Source: Fimbriosthenelais zetlandica (Eukaryota). From it: a DNA stretch of 64,000 bases. The DNA lies in NCBI GenBank assembly GCA_977030845.1, contig OZ365118.1, forward strand, positions 4,402,001-4,466,000, read 5' to 3'. Below, piece after piece: positions 11,112 through 22,900 of this stretch. The notes under the pieces are model-generated. The model worked only from the letters and a program-made list of their open reading frames with translations, did no database searches and was not told the origin of the DNA. Every line of letters begins with the position of its first letter. Position 1 is the first letter of the stretch. The translations under genes and the position numbers were made by a program.

Positions 11112-14100
11112 AGTATAGTATAGTATAGTATAGTATAGAAGTTTCGGCTTGTAGGAGCGTGTGTTCCTTTGAATAGCCGCTCTTAGTTAATGTACTGTAA
11201 TTTGTGGTGATGCCGGGCAGTCCAATGCTCTGGGGTTATACACCATCCCGTGATATTTGAAGTGATTGTCTATAATGTTCTTGAAAGCGTTGGTAGATTG
11301 GGCCACCACTGCCTCCTGTGGGAGTGAATTCCACCACGGTACTATACGATTATTAAATACATATTTATGTCTATCTGTATTTGCTCTCATCTTTTTGAGT
11401 TTGAGTGAGTGGCCCCTTGTTTTTCCAGAGTTATCTATTTCGTTTACACACGGTTCCACATTGAGAAGTCCTGACATGTATTTGTATGTGTTAATTAAAT
11501 CCCCGCGTATTCTTCTATATAAGAGCGTGGGTAAGCCTAGCTTGCTCAGTCTTTCCTCGTAAGTTTTATTCTTAAGACTTGGCACACGCTTGGTGGCCCG
11601 TCGTTGTACCTTTTCCAGTTCTTCTGCTAGTTTCCACTTGTAGGGTGACCATACTGGAGCTGCATATTCTAAATGAGATCTCACCATACTTTTATACAGG
11701 GCAAGGAACATCTCCTCATCAATATATTCAAAAGTGCGCCATAGTAGCCCCACCATCCTATTCGCTTTGTTTACTATACTGTTTATATGGTCTTCAAATT
11801 TCAAGTCTTTGTCCATGAATACCCCCAGGTCTTTCTCGGTGTCCACGGTTTTCAATCTTATTCGATTTTGACCATCGTGCATATAGTAAGTGAAGTCTGG
11901 TAAGTTCTTTCCTTGTCTTAATACTGTACATTTCGTGGGATGAAAAGTCATCTGCCATGTCCGTCCCCAGTCTTCTAACTGAGCTAAGTCTTTTTGTAGT
12001 TTCTCACAGTCTTCCTTTGATTTAATTTTTAGGTACAGCTTTGCATCGTCTGCAAACATCTTTATGGGACATAGAGCACTTCCTGGCATATCGTTTACAT
12101 AGAGAATGAAAAGCATTGGGCCTAACACACTCCCTTGCGGAATTCCACTTGTTACTGGTATCCACTCAGATAATTTACCGTTAACTGTTACTCGTTGTCT
12201 ACGGTTAGATAGGAATGCTGTAATCCACTTATGTAGTTTTCCATTTATTCCATAGCTTTCCACCTTCCTCAATAGCCGCTTATGTGGAACTGAGTCAAAA
12301 GCCTTTCGAAAGTCAAGATAGATTATATCACAGCCATGCCCTTCATCTAATGCTCTTGACCAATATTCTAGTGATTCCAGTAACTGCGTTACCGTTGATC
12401 GACCTTCCATAAATCCATGCTGTTCATCCGCAAATAGATTGTTAGCTGCCATGTGTTTCCTGATTTTATCCCTTAGGATTCCCTCCATCACCTTACACAC
12501 AATTGATGTCAGGCTCACTGGCCTGTAGTTTCCAGCGTCTGATTTCTTTCCCTTCTTGAATATAGGGGTTATATTCCCCAGTAGCCAGTCCACTGGTATG
12601 GTTCCCTGGTCCATAGAGTCCTTGAATATAAGTCGTAGTGGGTGTGCTAAGACAGTTGCCATTTCCTTCAGGATTCTTGCACTGATTTCATCAGGACCCG
12701 GTGATTTATTAGGTTTAAGGTTCTTCAACCTTTTTATAATGTCCTCCTCGGCAAACTCAATGTTCGTAATTGCTTCTAGGTATTGCTGGGCTGGGGGGGT
12801 TGGTATTTCGCTGATATCTTCCTTCGTGAAGACTTGTGCAAATGTGTTATTTAGGACTGCTGCTTTCTCTGAATCACTCTCTGTTAAGGTTCCATCCTCC
12901 TTTAGTAGTTCTGACACAGGCTGTCTAGTTTTCAGTTTAGAATTCACATATTTCCAAAACATCTTTGGGTTGGCTTTAACATTCGCTGCTACAGTTTTCT
13001 CATAAGATTTAACTGCCTTGCGGGCTGCCCACCTAGCTTGATTTCTGGTCCTTGTGTAGTTTAGGTAATCCTGTGCTTGTTTAGTTTCGCGGAATCTCTT
13101 CCACGCCTTGTACTTCTTGCGGACTGTCTGGAGAATTTTCTGGTTGAGCCATGGTGGCCTTTGGGAGTCTGATACGACATATTGTTTCCGTGGGACACAT
13201 TTCTGTACCGCTTGGAGTACAATTGTTGCGAAGGTCTGCCACTTTTCCTCAACATTTTTATTTGATAGTAGAGTGTCCCAGTCTAGTTCCAATAAGTTCT
13301 TCATTTTATTGAAATCTGCCTTGTTGTATAATAGACAAGATTTAACCATCTTCTCCATGTCCATATGGCATCTGAATTTAAATTCAATCACGATATGATC
13401 ACTCTTCCCCAGGGGGGGTCCCGATGTTATGTCCTCGACCATGGATTCCTCGTTTGTAAACACCAGATCTAATGTGTTTGCTGTCTGTCCTTCTCTGAAT
13501 CTGGTGAAGAAGTCAACATGTTGGTACAGGAAGGCATCTTGTACTGCTTCGAGAAACCCAGCTGCATCGGCCGATGGCCTACTGAGTCTACCTTCTTTAC
13601 TCCAATCTATTTCTGGGTGATTAAAATCTCCCATGACTAGGATGTGGCTATACTTGGGCTTTTCAATACTCCTTAACAAGTTATTTACAAGTTCATTATT
13701 TTCCCCACTGCTGTTAGGGCTACGGTATATTCCTAGAATTAGTAGTCTATCGTTTCCCTTCAATTTAATCTCTGCTGCAACTGCTTCTTCCACTTGTGGT
13801 AAGTTAACTTCTATGGCTCCCAGATGGTCTTTTATGTATATGGATATTCCTCTCTTCCCCTGGTTCGCTGCGTTTGTTAGCAAGTCATAACCTTTTATTT
13901 GTAGCTCTGCCATGGACGTTGCTGTTGATTGGTTTTTGGGATTGACTTCTGAGATCATGACGATATGAGGTTTGTTTTCCTCTATTCTCGCCAAGAGTTC
14001 CACTCTTTTGTTCAATAAACTGTCAGCATTGGTTGTCATTACTTTAACGTATTTAATATTACCGTTTGTTTTCCTGTTGCGTTTTAGCGTCTGGGTGGTG

Positions 14101-14192
14101 TTTTTAACCCCTAAACACTGTTCCGTACATACAACCAACCATACAATAAAACCAACGTTATATTGCCTGAAAATATTACATAAATTGCACAA
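11112..14192 (-). mobile_element. CR1-clade non-LTR retrotransposon, 5'-truncated (ORF2, 3'UTR and tandem tail; no ORF1 seen)
   Basis: Uninterrupted APE-RT ORF, a short 3'UTR of about 50 nt and a terminal pentanucleotide repeat (AGTAT)x5 at 11112-11136, which reads (CTATA)n on the element strand. The C-terminal TRGHSLKL...RIVPWWNSLP segment is typical of CR1 ORF2. No clear TSD. The 5' boundary is approximate. Confidence 0.92.
11187..14192 (-). CDS. LINE ORF2: apurinic endonuclease plus reverse transcriptase (open frame of 1001 codons; first ATG at 14039)
   Basis: APE motifs TNADS, ISEV, IYRSP, GDFNHP, LDLVF, SDH. RT motifs KSPGPDEI, YRPVSLTS, QHGF, YLDFRKAFDSVPH, GIPQGSVLGP, FADD. No stops or frameshifts. 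Confidence 0.95.
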   Translation of the reverse strand: MCNLCNIFRQYNVGFIVWLVVCTEQCLGVKNTTQTLKRNRKTNGNIKYVKVMTTNADSLLNKRVELLARIEENKPHIVMISEVNPKNQSTATSMAELQIKGYDLLTNAANQGKRGISIYIKDHLGAIEVNLPQVEEAVAAEIKLKGNDRLLILGIYRSPNSSGENNELVNNLLRSIEKPKYSHILVMGDFNHPEIDWSKEGRLSRPSADAAGFLEAVQDAFLYQHVDFFTRFREGQTANTLDLVFTNEESMVEDITSGPPLGKSDHIVIEFKFRCHMDMEKMVKSCLLYNKADFNKMKNLLELDWDTLLSNKNVEEKWQTFATIVLQAVQKCVPRKQYVVSDSQRPPWLNQKILQTVRKKYKAWKRFRETKQAQDYLNYTRTRNQARWAARKAVKSYEKTVAANVKANPKMFWKYVNSKLKTRQPVSELLKEDGTLTESDSEKAAVLNNTFAQVFTKEDISEIPTPPAQQYLEAITNIEFAEEDIIKRLKNLKPNKSPGPDEISARILKEMATVLAHPLRLIFKDSMDQGTIPVDWLLGNITPIFKKGKKSDAGNYRPVSLTSIVCKVMEGILRDKIRKHMAANNLFADEQHGFMEGRSTVTQLLESLEYWSRALDEGHGCDIIYLDFRKAFDSVPHKRLLRKVESYGINGKLHKWITAFLSNRRQRVTVNGKLSEWIPVTSGIPQGSVLGPMLFILYVNDMPGSALCPIKMFADDAKLYLKIKSKEDCEKLQKDLAQLEDWGRTWQMTFHPTKCTVLRQGKNLPDFTYYMHDGQNRIRLKTVDTEKDLGVFMDKDLKFEDHINSIVNKANRMVGLLWRTFEYIDEEMFLALYKSMVRSHLEYAAPVWSPYKWKLAEELEKVQRRATKRVPSLKNKTYEERLSKLGLPTLLYRRIRGDLINTYKYMSGLLNVEPCVNEIDNSGKTRGHSLKLKKMRANTDRHKYVFNNRIVPWWNSLPQEAVVAQSTNAFKNIIDNHFKYHGMVYNPRALDCPASPQITVH

Positions 14193-14256
14193 ATTAAAAC
14201 TATCTCTGTTTCATCTTGTTCATATATTTTGTGGAAAATAATTAATATGTTATACA

Positions 14257-15160
14257 GTATCCATGGAAACCCATCGATTCCGGGATTAAGTCAAGTATCG
14301 ATCTCCACCAAAATTGATCCAAGGTATACCTATGCTATAGTATATTCCTGGTACCGTATGTAGTCTAGATATACCTGCCTGTATAACAAGCCTATACCGT
14401 ACATTGGTTAGAATGAATTGTGGAAATGATTTTAGGCTTAGACAAACTCCAGTCAATGAAAATTAATGGTGATTTTAACACCATGCGGGCAGTTAAAAAT
14501 AGCATGAGCAGCTCAGCCTGAGCTGCTCAGTGAGACGGAAGATCATTATTTATGCGTACAACAAAGTAACATTTATCTGTGTAATGTATCACTACCTGAT
14601 AAAGTCTCTTAAAGTAATATTAGATGTCCAGAACCAAACTTAATTCCATCCGCACCGAGTGGTGCCTATCGACTAGCAGCGTGCCCCGCCCACCCAGCAC
14701 TGGAGGCGGGACTCCAGGCTGAACGGGCACCGACTGGTCCTTACCGTCTGATTTCAAAGTCTCAAAACTCGAAAATTCGCAGGATAAAAATAACGAAACT
14801 TACATATATCACAGCCAGAGACGAGCCAGTTACGACGGTTGTCGATTTCAAAGTCTAACCTCAGTTATAATCCCGAAATCCGTACCTTTTCTACTTGTCG
14901 GAGCACCTGCTTTCTCACCTTCTCGGTTTGTTTTGTTAAGTTGCTAGATGACGTAGCCAGATGTGTGTACTACGTCACCATTTTAGTGGCGCTCCCTGCA
15001 CCGGAAGCCAGACTGCGCGCGCGTACCGGAAGCGTCAAGTGACAACAAATTTCAAACAAGTCTGAACCTATGCCAGCGATTTAGTCGCCAAAACCTCTGC
15101 AACTTCGGCTTTTCAGTTAAATTTAGAGAGATCTGGATGTGCACAAGGTCGCTAGGTAAC
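14257..15160. promoter_or_regulatory. Bidirectional ARMC3/PIBF1 promoter region with RFX X-boxes and ETS sites
   Basis: X-box matches GTATCCATGGAAAC (14257-14270), GTCGCTAGGTAAC (15148-15160) and a weaker GTTGCTAGATGAC (14940-14952). CCGGAAG at 15001-15007 and 15026-15032. CpG-rich island between two divergent genes. Confidence 0.65.
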
Positions 15161-15168
15161 TGAACATC

Positions 15169-18100
15169 ATGGCTGAATCAAAGAAAAGTAGTAGATCCTA
15201 CCGAGAGCTGGATTCAGAGGACTTTAGCATGGAGACAACCAACGCTACAGTGACAGATATGTCACTCTCCCCTGATGAGAGTGACATGACTGATCACTAC
15301 ATAGACAAGAGGAGAAAGATAAGTAAACAACTGCTAGAGAGAAAACAACTAATCCATGACATGCAGGTAGTCAAGATTGAACTGTCACAGAAAAATATGA
15401 TTATTGACAATATGAAAGCTGACAATATGCAGCGAGTTGAAGAGCTGGAAGAAAAATTAAATGAAGCTCAACATCAGAAACAAATTTTGACAGCTCGCCT
15501 AGAATCTCAACTTAAAATCCAGCAGGACGAATCTAGGAGAAGGCAGGAACAAATACAGAGAGAACTTGATACAATTTTAAAACGACAGCATCAGCTTGAA
15601 GATACAAATGAACGATTACAAGAAAGAGCTGGTAATATTAGGAGAAGTTTAGAAAATTTAGAGATAACAGAGCATCAATATTTAGAGGTTCGAGGCCAAA
15701 AAGATGAGGACCTGTCATTAAAAGACTATGTGTCGGTAAGGAACATAAAATATCTAAACCGAACCATGAATTTCAATTAAATATAGCTCTAATTTTAAAG
15801 TTGAAATAATGAATAAAATGCTAAGTTAATAATTATTTTCAATCCCAGGTGAAATTGTTTGAAGCTGTGAGGCCATGGAAAATAGAGACAGAAGAGTTAC
15901 GTGTCCGTGTAAAGAATCTAAACGAGGAGCTTACTCGATACAAGAGAGACTATGACAGATGTCAAGAGGTAGGACTTTCTCAAAAGTGAAATAAAATGAT
16001 TTATATTTTAAAATCAAATTTAAAGAAGTAACGACTATAGGCATTTAATAAAATTGATATGGGTGCAGTACACTATGTAGAAAATATTAATTTGCTTAGA
16101 ATCCTATATTAAAAACAGTTATAATAACACTTTTGATCTTTTTCTTCAGCTCCTAACAGACGAAAGAAAGGAGCATTCTAGTCTACAGACACAGCATCAG
16201 AAACTGGCACTGTCTCTAGCTGACAGCAAGAATCAGGTGATCACTGGCAACTACAAGGTGGAGAACTATGACAAAGTGAAAAAGTAAGCCCAGAAAATAA
16301 ATATTCCATACCTGAGCTCTGAAATCCCCCCGCAGCCCATCCTAAGTTCAGCCAAATTATTAGAATTTTAAAATGACACAGAAAGAATCCAGGGTTACAT
16401 TGTATTCATGTGGGTAGTATATCAAGGAGTAAAAGATTTAAAATTAAATTTTCAGAGATCGTGATGATTTTGAGGTGGAGTTGACCGACCTTAAAAAACA
16501 AATGGCGTACCTAGAATCAGCGCACCAGGGGGTGATGCGTGAGAGAGATGACCTCAATGCTGAGGTAAATATTTTAGCATTTCTTACAATTTATAAAATT
16601 GGTGTAAAAGGCCATCCAAATATTGTCCTTTTGGTTTAATAATATTTATTTAATCCAGTAAAACAGCGATATATTTCTTAAAATTTCCTATCATTATTTT
16701 CTATCTTTCTCTTGGACATATTCTCATAAATTTATGACCATTTATTTCAGCTTCTGTCCACTAAGCAGTCAGTGACATTGCTGAGGCAGGATAAGGACTT
16801 CCTGAGCAAACAAACCAGTGATTTATCAAATAAACTAACGTACGCCGAGGAGAGATCAAGACAGTCTAACGAACACCTGGACAGAGCAAAGAATTCACGA
16901 GAAGAGCTCTACGAGAAATACGTGGCTTCCAGGTAAAATTAATTATATATTAATGAGCTAAACATACTGGAACTTATTATAAAAATCTGGGACTTTCCTT
17001 CATTTAATATAGTATACGTCTTCTCTCCTTCCCTTTCTCTCACTCCCCTGCCTCTCCTGTCTTGCTCTCCCTCTCTCAGTTTAAATTTAATAAAATGAAT
17101 TAAATGCTTGTTAAATGATTACTTTAAGCCTATTTTAACATATATTCCTCTGTATTCAGGGACCAATATAAGAACGAGTACGAGTCTAAACTACAGCTGG
17201 AGTTAGAGGCCATCAGAACGAGGACCAACGTGGAGATAGACCGACTAAAATCAACCACCCGCGAAATGTACGAGCGAGAGAACAGGTCAGTTATTACAAT
17301 ATTTAATATAGCTACAGGTCAGTCACCACAATATTACAATATATAATATAGATACTCAATATATCCACTGAGAACCCTAGCAAAAGTTAGTGAATGAATT
17401 AATTAATTTTCAATGAATTTCACTCTAAATTTTCTACTATTTCAGGAGTTTAAGGGAAGGCAGAGATCTCGCCTTATCAGAGAAAGATCGAGCTGTGGCT
17501 GCTGAGAAAGAAATCTCAGAGAGACACGACACCCTACTTCACGAGTAAGTGCCCCTCAATTATCTGAAAACTAAGCTAATCTATTCTGATATTTTTTTCC
17601 CATCCTCAGAACCTATCATGGATTAGTTAGTGAATATATATGTTATTGGAAGTATCTTATAACTTCAGATTTCGAGCCTTACAAATCGCCATGGACTCCA
17701 AGATGTCTGAACTACAAAATAATGTCAAACTTAAAAGTTTCGAAACGGAAAGAACTCAAATGGTGTACGAGGAAACGGTCCGTAACCATAAAGAGGTAAG
17801 TGGGATTTTATTTTATGGTTTAATTTACTAAAATTTGGAGTTGTTCCATAGACTGATAATTGATTGTCTATTTTTGCAGGTACAGTTGGAGAATGAGAAG
17901 TTGAGTAAGAAGTTGGAGGTACTCACTAAAGAGTACTACACGCTGCAAGCCTCGCTGGAAAAGCGGGTATCCGAGCTGGAGGCTTTACTCAGTGAGAAAA
18001 ATAATAAACTAGAGACGTACGAGAAGTTAGAGCAAGAGCTGGACGAGGTGGTCATGCAATCAGCGGAAAGTTAGTACCAATTGATGCTCTTTGAAAAAAT

Positions 18101-19967
18101 AAATGTATTAAAAAAAACATTAAAAAAAAACATCTTTTTAATATATTTAGAATTCAAAAAACTCTAGATTATTAAACTTTAAGACCTAATCTAAGATGTT
18201 GAATTTATTTTAATTTCTCTCGGAATTCATGTAAGTACACGAGAAATTAAAAAAATATTAATTTTCTTTTTAAGTGGAGAGTGAGGCAGAAGCAGAGAGG
18301 GTGCTCTTCTCTTACGGCTACGGCGCTAACGTTCCTACTACGGCTCGCCGCAGACTAAAACAAAGGTAATCAAAAATATCATCTACCACTTCTCTATCTT
18401 AATTCTACCTGAAATATATTTAACTTCAGTTAATTGTGGGAATCAACCAAACATCTAGGCTTATAAGGCAGACAATTTGATCTGATATTCATACATTATA
18501 TTTGTGTATTTTAGTGTTAATTTGGCTCGGCGTGTTTTGGAGTTAGAGAGAAACGATCAGACTCTGAGGAAGGAGATAGAAGCTGAGAGAACCAGGGTCC
18601 AACAACTCACTGATGAGGTAAGACATTTTGTCTATTTCCTGACTTTTCTATTTAATATATTCTATCTTGTACCTGTATATTGAACCTATATCCCCCAGCC
18701 ATCCATCAATTCATTTAAATTCAATCCACTGATAAAGTTTATATAATGTATATTGCCATTGTGATTTTGGGATGCACCTTTTACATGTGGTTGCCCTACA
18801 TGTTCACTATCTTAACGTTAACAGTTGAAGAGTGCTAACGACGTTCTCGACCAATCAGAGCAGCCGTATCATTACCTGGTGGAGGCTGTCCGTACCCGGG
18901 ACGCTCAAATAAACCAACAAAAACAGATCCTAGCTAAACATGAGGACAAAATAAGGTAAAGTTAACTCAAGAAGCCCCAGCAAAATCAGCTTTGAATTCA
19001 GAAATCAAAATGTGAAAAAAAAATTATTTAAATCTTCATACCTGCAAGAAACAAGATCTAAGCTTTGTTTTATAATGTATTGTGTTTGTTAATAAATTTC
19101 TTGTTCTGATTTTGCAGACAGTATGAGAAAGAACGAGGGAATTTAATTAAGTCCAAGAATGAGCTGGCGGCTGATCTTGAACGAATGCTCAACCAACGAG
19201 AGGTGAGATTTATAAAATTATCTAAAACACATATAAAAGTGGTATCTCAGAATTTGTAATTATGACATAAATTGTCAAATTCTAGGTTTTATGATGTACC
19301 TATTTTCCATTTTGGGTTTTATTGTATAAATTTGATAATTTTCTTTCGCTTTTCTTTGAAAGTTACAAATTAATTTTCTATTTGTCAGGAGATGTCAGTG
19401 ATGAAACAAGTGGTATTAAACTTGAGTCAGCGGAGGTATGGAGATGAGGCTGTGAGGTCACTCATGACCACTACCTCCACCCGATCACCCAGATCTACCA
19501 GGCCTAAATCAGGCGTAGTGAGCAAGAAAGGTACTCCCTCAAAAACTGGTAAAACTCCCATCTACCGCGGCGAACCTGAACTAGATAACCATCCACATGT
19601 TCCAGCTCCCACCGAATTCGTAAGTTTGCTAAAATTATATTACAATTAAAATTATTTTCATTCAAATTTAATTAAAAATATAATCAAAATTTTGATAAAA
19701 GTATGGATATTTGTAATTTAGATTTTGGTATATTTAGTAAGTTTTTTATTTTTGTTGTTTGCATTTTTGATTCAGTCATTCAAATAGACCATTTCTGTGA
19801 AATAAACTCATTCCTAAATAATATTTTTTTATTTGTTTCAGACAAAAAGTGAAATGCCAAACTGGTATAAGAAACTTCAGACCAAGACGAAAGGGCAACT
19901 ACCGACAAGAGGTCCCCGGTCTACTAAACCTCACACCCCCCGAACAGTGAATAAAATACTCTCCTAG
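15169..19967 (+). CDS. PIBF1: Progesterone-induced blocking factor 1 / CEP90, a centriolar coiled-coil protein, about 806 aa
   Basis: 15 exons: 15169-15735, 15849-15968, 16150-16283, 16456-16564, 16751-16932, 17160-17285, 17446-17544, 17669-17795, 17880-18069, 18275-18365, 18515-18617, 18825-18955, 19118-19202, 19389-19619, 19842-19967. All GT-AG and in phase. Contains the diagnostic [29 protein letters not shown] motif and an N-terminal [13 protein letters not shown]. Confidence 0.93.
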
Positions 19968-22900
19968 TCCAGACGAAAGTACCCGCCCCCACCCCCCGAG
20001 AATCTATACAAATATTTATACCAGGCATTCAATTTTTACTTGTTATCTCAATGTTCTTTTCTGGATTTAATACGAGGTCTTGTCTCATAAATTCATTGTA
20101 ATATTTAGAAAAAAAGTCTAAGATCTGCTATGAGATTAGTCCATCTTTGAATGGCATGAGTAAGATTTTGACAAGAAAAGCAGGGGTGCACTCAGAGGTC
20201 CAGTTTTGGGCCTCACTCAAAATATTGTATATTATTTAGTTCTCTAATAATGTTCTGTATTTAATATATTCCTTCTATTTCCTATGTAAGATTTTAATAT
20301 TTTATTGTTGATGTTTTATATATGTTTATGCCCAAATTGTTGTTAGTACCAAAAGTATTTTTATATGTTAATATAGACATATCAGTTTCCTCCGATGTAA
20401 CATATGAATCATGGCAATGTAAGCGATGATTGGGATTCATAATTCCAGGGAGAAAAGGGAATTTAATTTCCATGGATTATAAATAACTAATCGTGTCACA
20501 AAGTAAGAAATACTCTCAGTGATAATTTGTAAATGTTTTATCAACTTTTATACAAGTATCCGTCCAAAGGTAAACCTATATTTGTTATCACTGAAGTGAG
20601 AAAATGTATATGTTGTAAATTTTAATACGTCATAATAAAATTTTATTTAACTATACCTTGCTTCTCTTCAAATCTAATAATGATGGAATGTATGGTAATA
20701 TGTAGATGAAAAATGATATCAAATAATTTATAGTTTCTGCATTTTCTTGGATACAAAATAATTGAAACTATAGAAATGCTTCAAAATGCTAAATTAACGT
20801 TTGACATTTGACCACTAGGTGTCGGGTATGGGCTAGAAGAAATCCCAGGTAGATACTGCGCATTTCACTCACTAGGCGTCACCCTTGTGTATTGACCCAA
20901 TTCCATGGATTTGACCTAGAAAAGCACCCCCCATACAGTATAGTCCACCCACCCCCCGCCCCACACACACCATCAACACACGGCCCCGCCAAGCTACCCA
21001 ATACACAGGTAGGTCGTATCTTATCTCTCTCTCCTTACCTCCATCACCTATCCTTATCATTACAAGATTACAGCATTATCAACTCCCACTTAATCTCTCC
21101 TTATCCCCGATCGTCCATCAGGAGTGGATTTAGATAATTACGAGGCATTTCTCAGGCCTTAAAGGTGTAGCGGGGAAGGCCCGGTCTTATGCATTAACGG
21201 GTGGAGGGGGGAGGATATTTGATTGGCCCATTTTAACAGGTGCGAATCTGAGATCATATATGATTTATTTTCATGATTTTTGTGGATATTTGGGTTAGAT
21301 TGTGTATTGTGATGGGGTTATTTTAATGTATAGAGGCTGGGTGAGGGTAGGGTTGATTTGAATGCACACCTGTATAAAGGTAAGCTCAGGTAGACACGGG
21401 AACTCCAGGATGTGTGTCACACCTGTGACCTAGTTTAAACACCAAATATGGCTACCGATATATACCTGTGACAGCTCCAATATACCCCCAATATGCTGAT
21501 ATTCCAGGTGTTAAATTTAATAATTAAAGGTCCTTTATGCTGTGCTTAGTGTAAGGTAATATATCTGTAGATATGAAGTTATAGGTAGGGATGGGGAAAC
21601 GGATCAGGACCAATATTCAAATCATATTCTTTGGCCTAATTCTGTATCACATCCACTGGTGGAATGAATAGGAAGTTTGTCCTTAAAGGAAATTAATTTA
21701 TGAAATTGTGTTTCCTGCTTTTTCTATTAAATATTCATATCCCTTTTGAATGTCATTGAATGTCAGAAGTATAAAGTATGACATCTCTCAAGTTCCATTA
21801 AGAAAGTCATCTTTATCTTGGCTTATTCTGTCAGCTTAGTCATAGATTCCATTGACTGTATTTTCAGATGATAAAATCCAAATTCCAAATAATAACCCAA
21901 CTGTAAAATAATATTTCAGTTGGGTTAAAGAATATTTAGTAGCACAGCCACATTGTGTATATTGGAAAATAAATACATATACGGGAGTGGAAAAAAATGT
22001 AAAGCATTAGAAGATGGGCGGATAATTGGTATGGAAATAGCCAAATGCCCATCTCCCATTAAAACCATAGACCATTTGAGGATAGATTGCCTCTTTACTA
22101 CCAGTTTAGGAGAAGCAAATGCAGGGAGCTTATGCCGGCCATTATTCCATGATAACACGACCATTTACATAAATGCCTTACGTTCATTCTGTTGACATTT
22201 GCCAGAACTTTTCCCCATCCAATCCAAGCGGGCTGAGAGTGGGATAAGCGGGGGGTATCCCCTAAAGCCCCATAATGTGTTGAGCATTACATAGGGTAAG
22301 GTAAGCATATACGAGTCTCCATGGAGACTGGGCTGTCTTCACCCCCAACCCCCCCGTTTCCATGGCAAGCCCCATCCATGATCCCCCACTTCCTCCAGGG
22401 GATTACTAGTATCCACTCTGTATTCGGACCGTTACTACTAGCCCCTATGTTGAGGGTATTTCTAACGCTTCCAGCCCCATCTTCAAGGCCTCTACATAGA
22501 CTGGGCCTCATAAAATGAAGGGGGTGGTCCCAGAGGCCACTGCTCTCCCACCCCTCAACCTCCTATAAAAATTCACCGTCCTGAATTTTATTTCAATAAA
22601 ATGAAGGGCATCCTCCGAGTCCATCAACTTCTCTCATCCTTCTTTAATGGATTTATACAACGGAAAAAAGAGGAAAAAACGTCATCCAAGACGTGCCATA
22701 AACATTGTTAGTAACCAAAAAAATGCCTACCAAGTAGAGTGTGGATATGGCGCTGAATTAATTAATGTATAAAGGGTGCAAGTTGATGTTTCTCCTTACC
22801 ATGCACACTCTCTCCTTCATATTCCATCTTCCTATCTAACACCCCATTCCCTCTCCCTCCCTAACCCCCAATCTCTCCCTACATACCCCCACCATCGTCC

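Noticed and set aside
11266-14241. Several plus-strand ORFs (e.g. 12556-13005) inside the LINE
   Set aside because: These are antisense shadows of the RT ORF with no recognisable motifs.
14652-14665. GCACCGAGTGGTGC resembling the Cas9 tracrRNA 3' hairpin
   Set aside because: A 14-nt chance similarity in a eukaryotic promoter, with no cas genes, anti-repeat or array.
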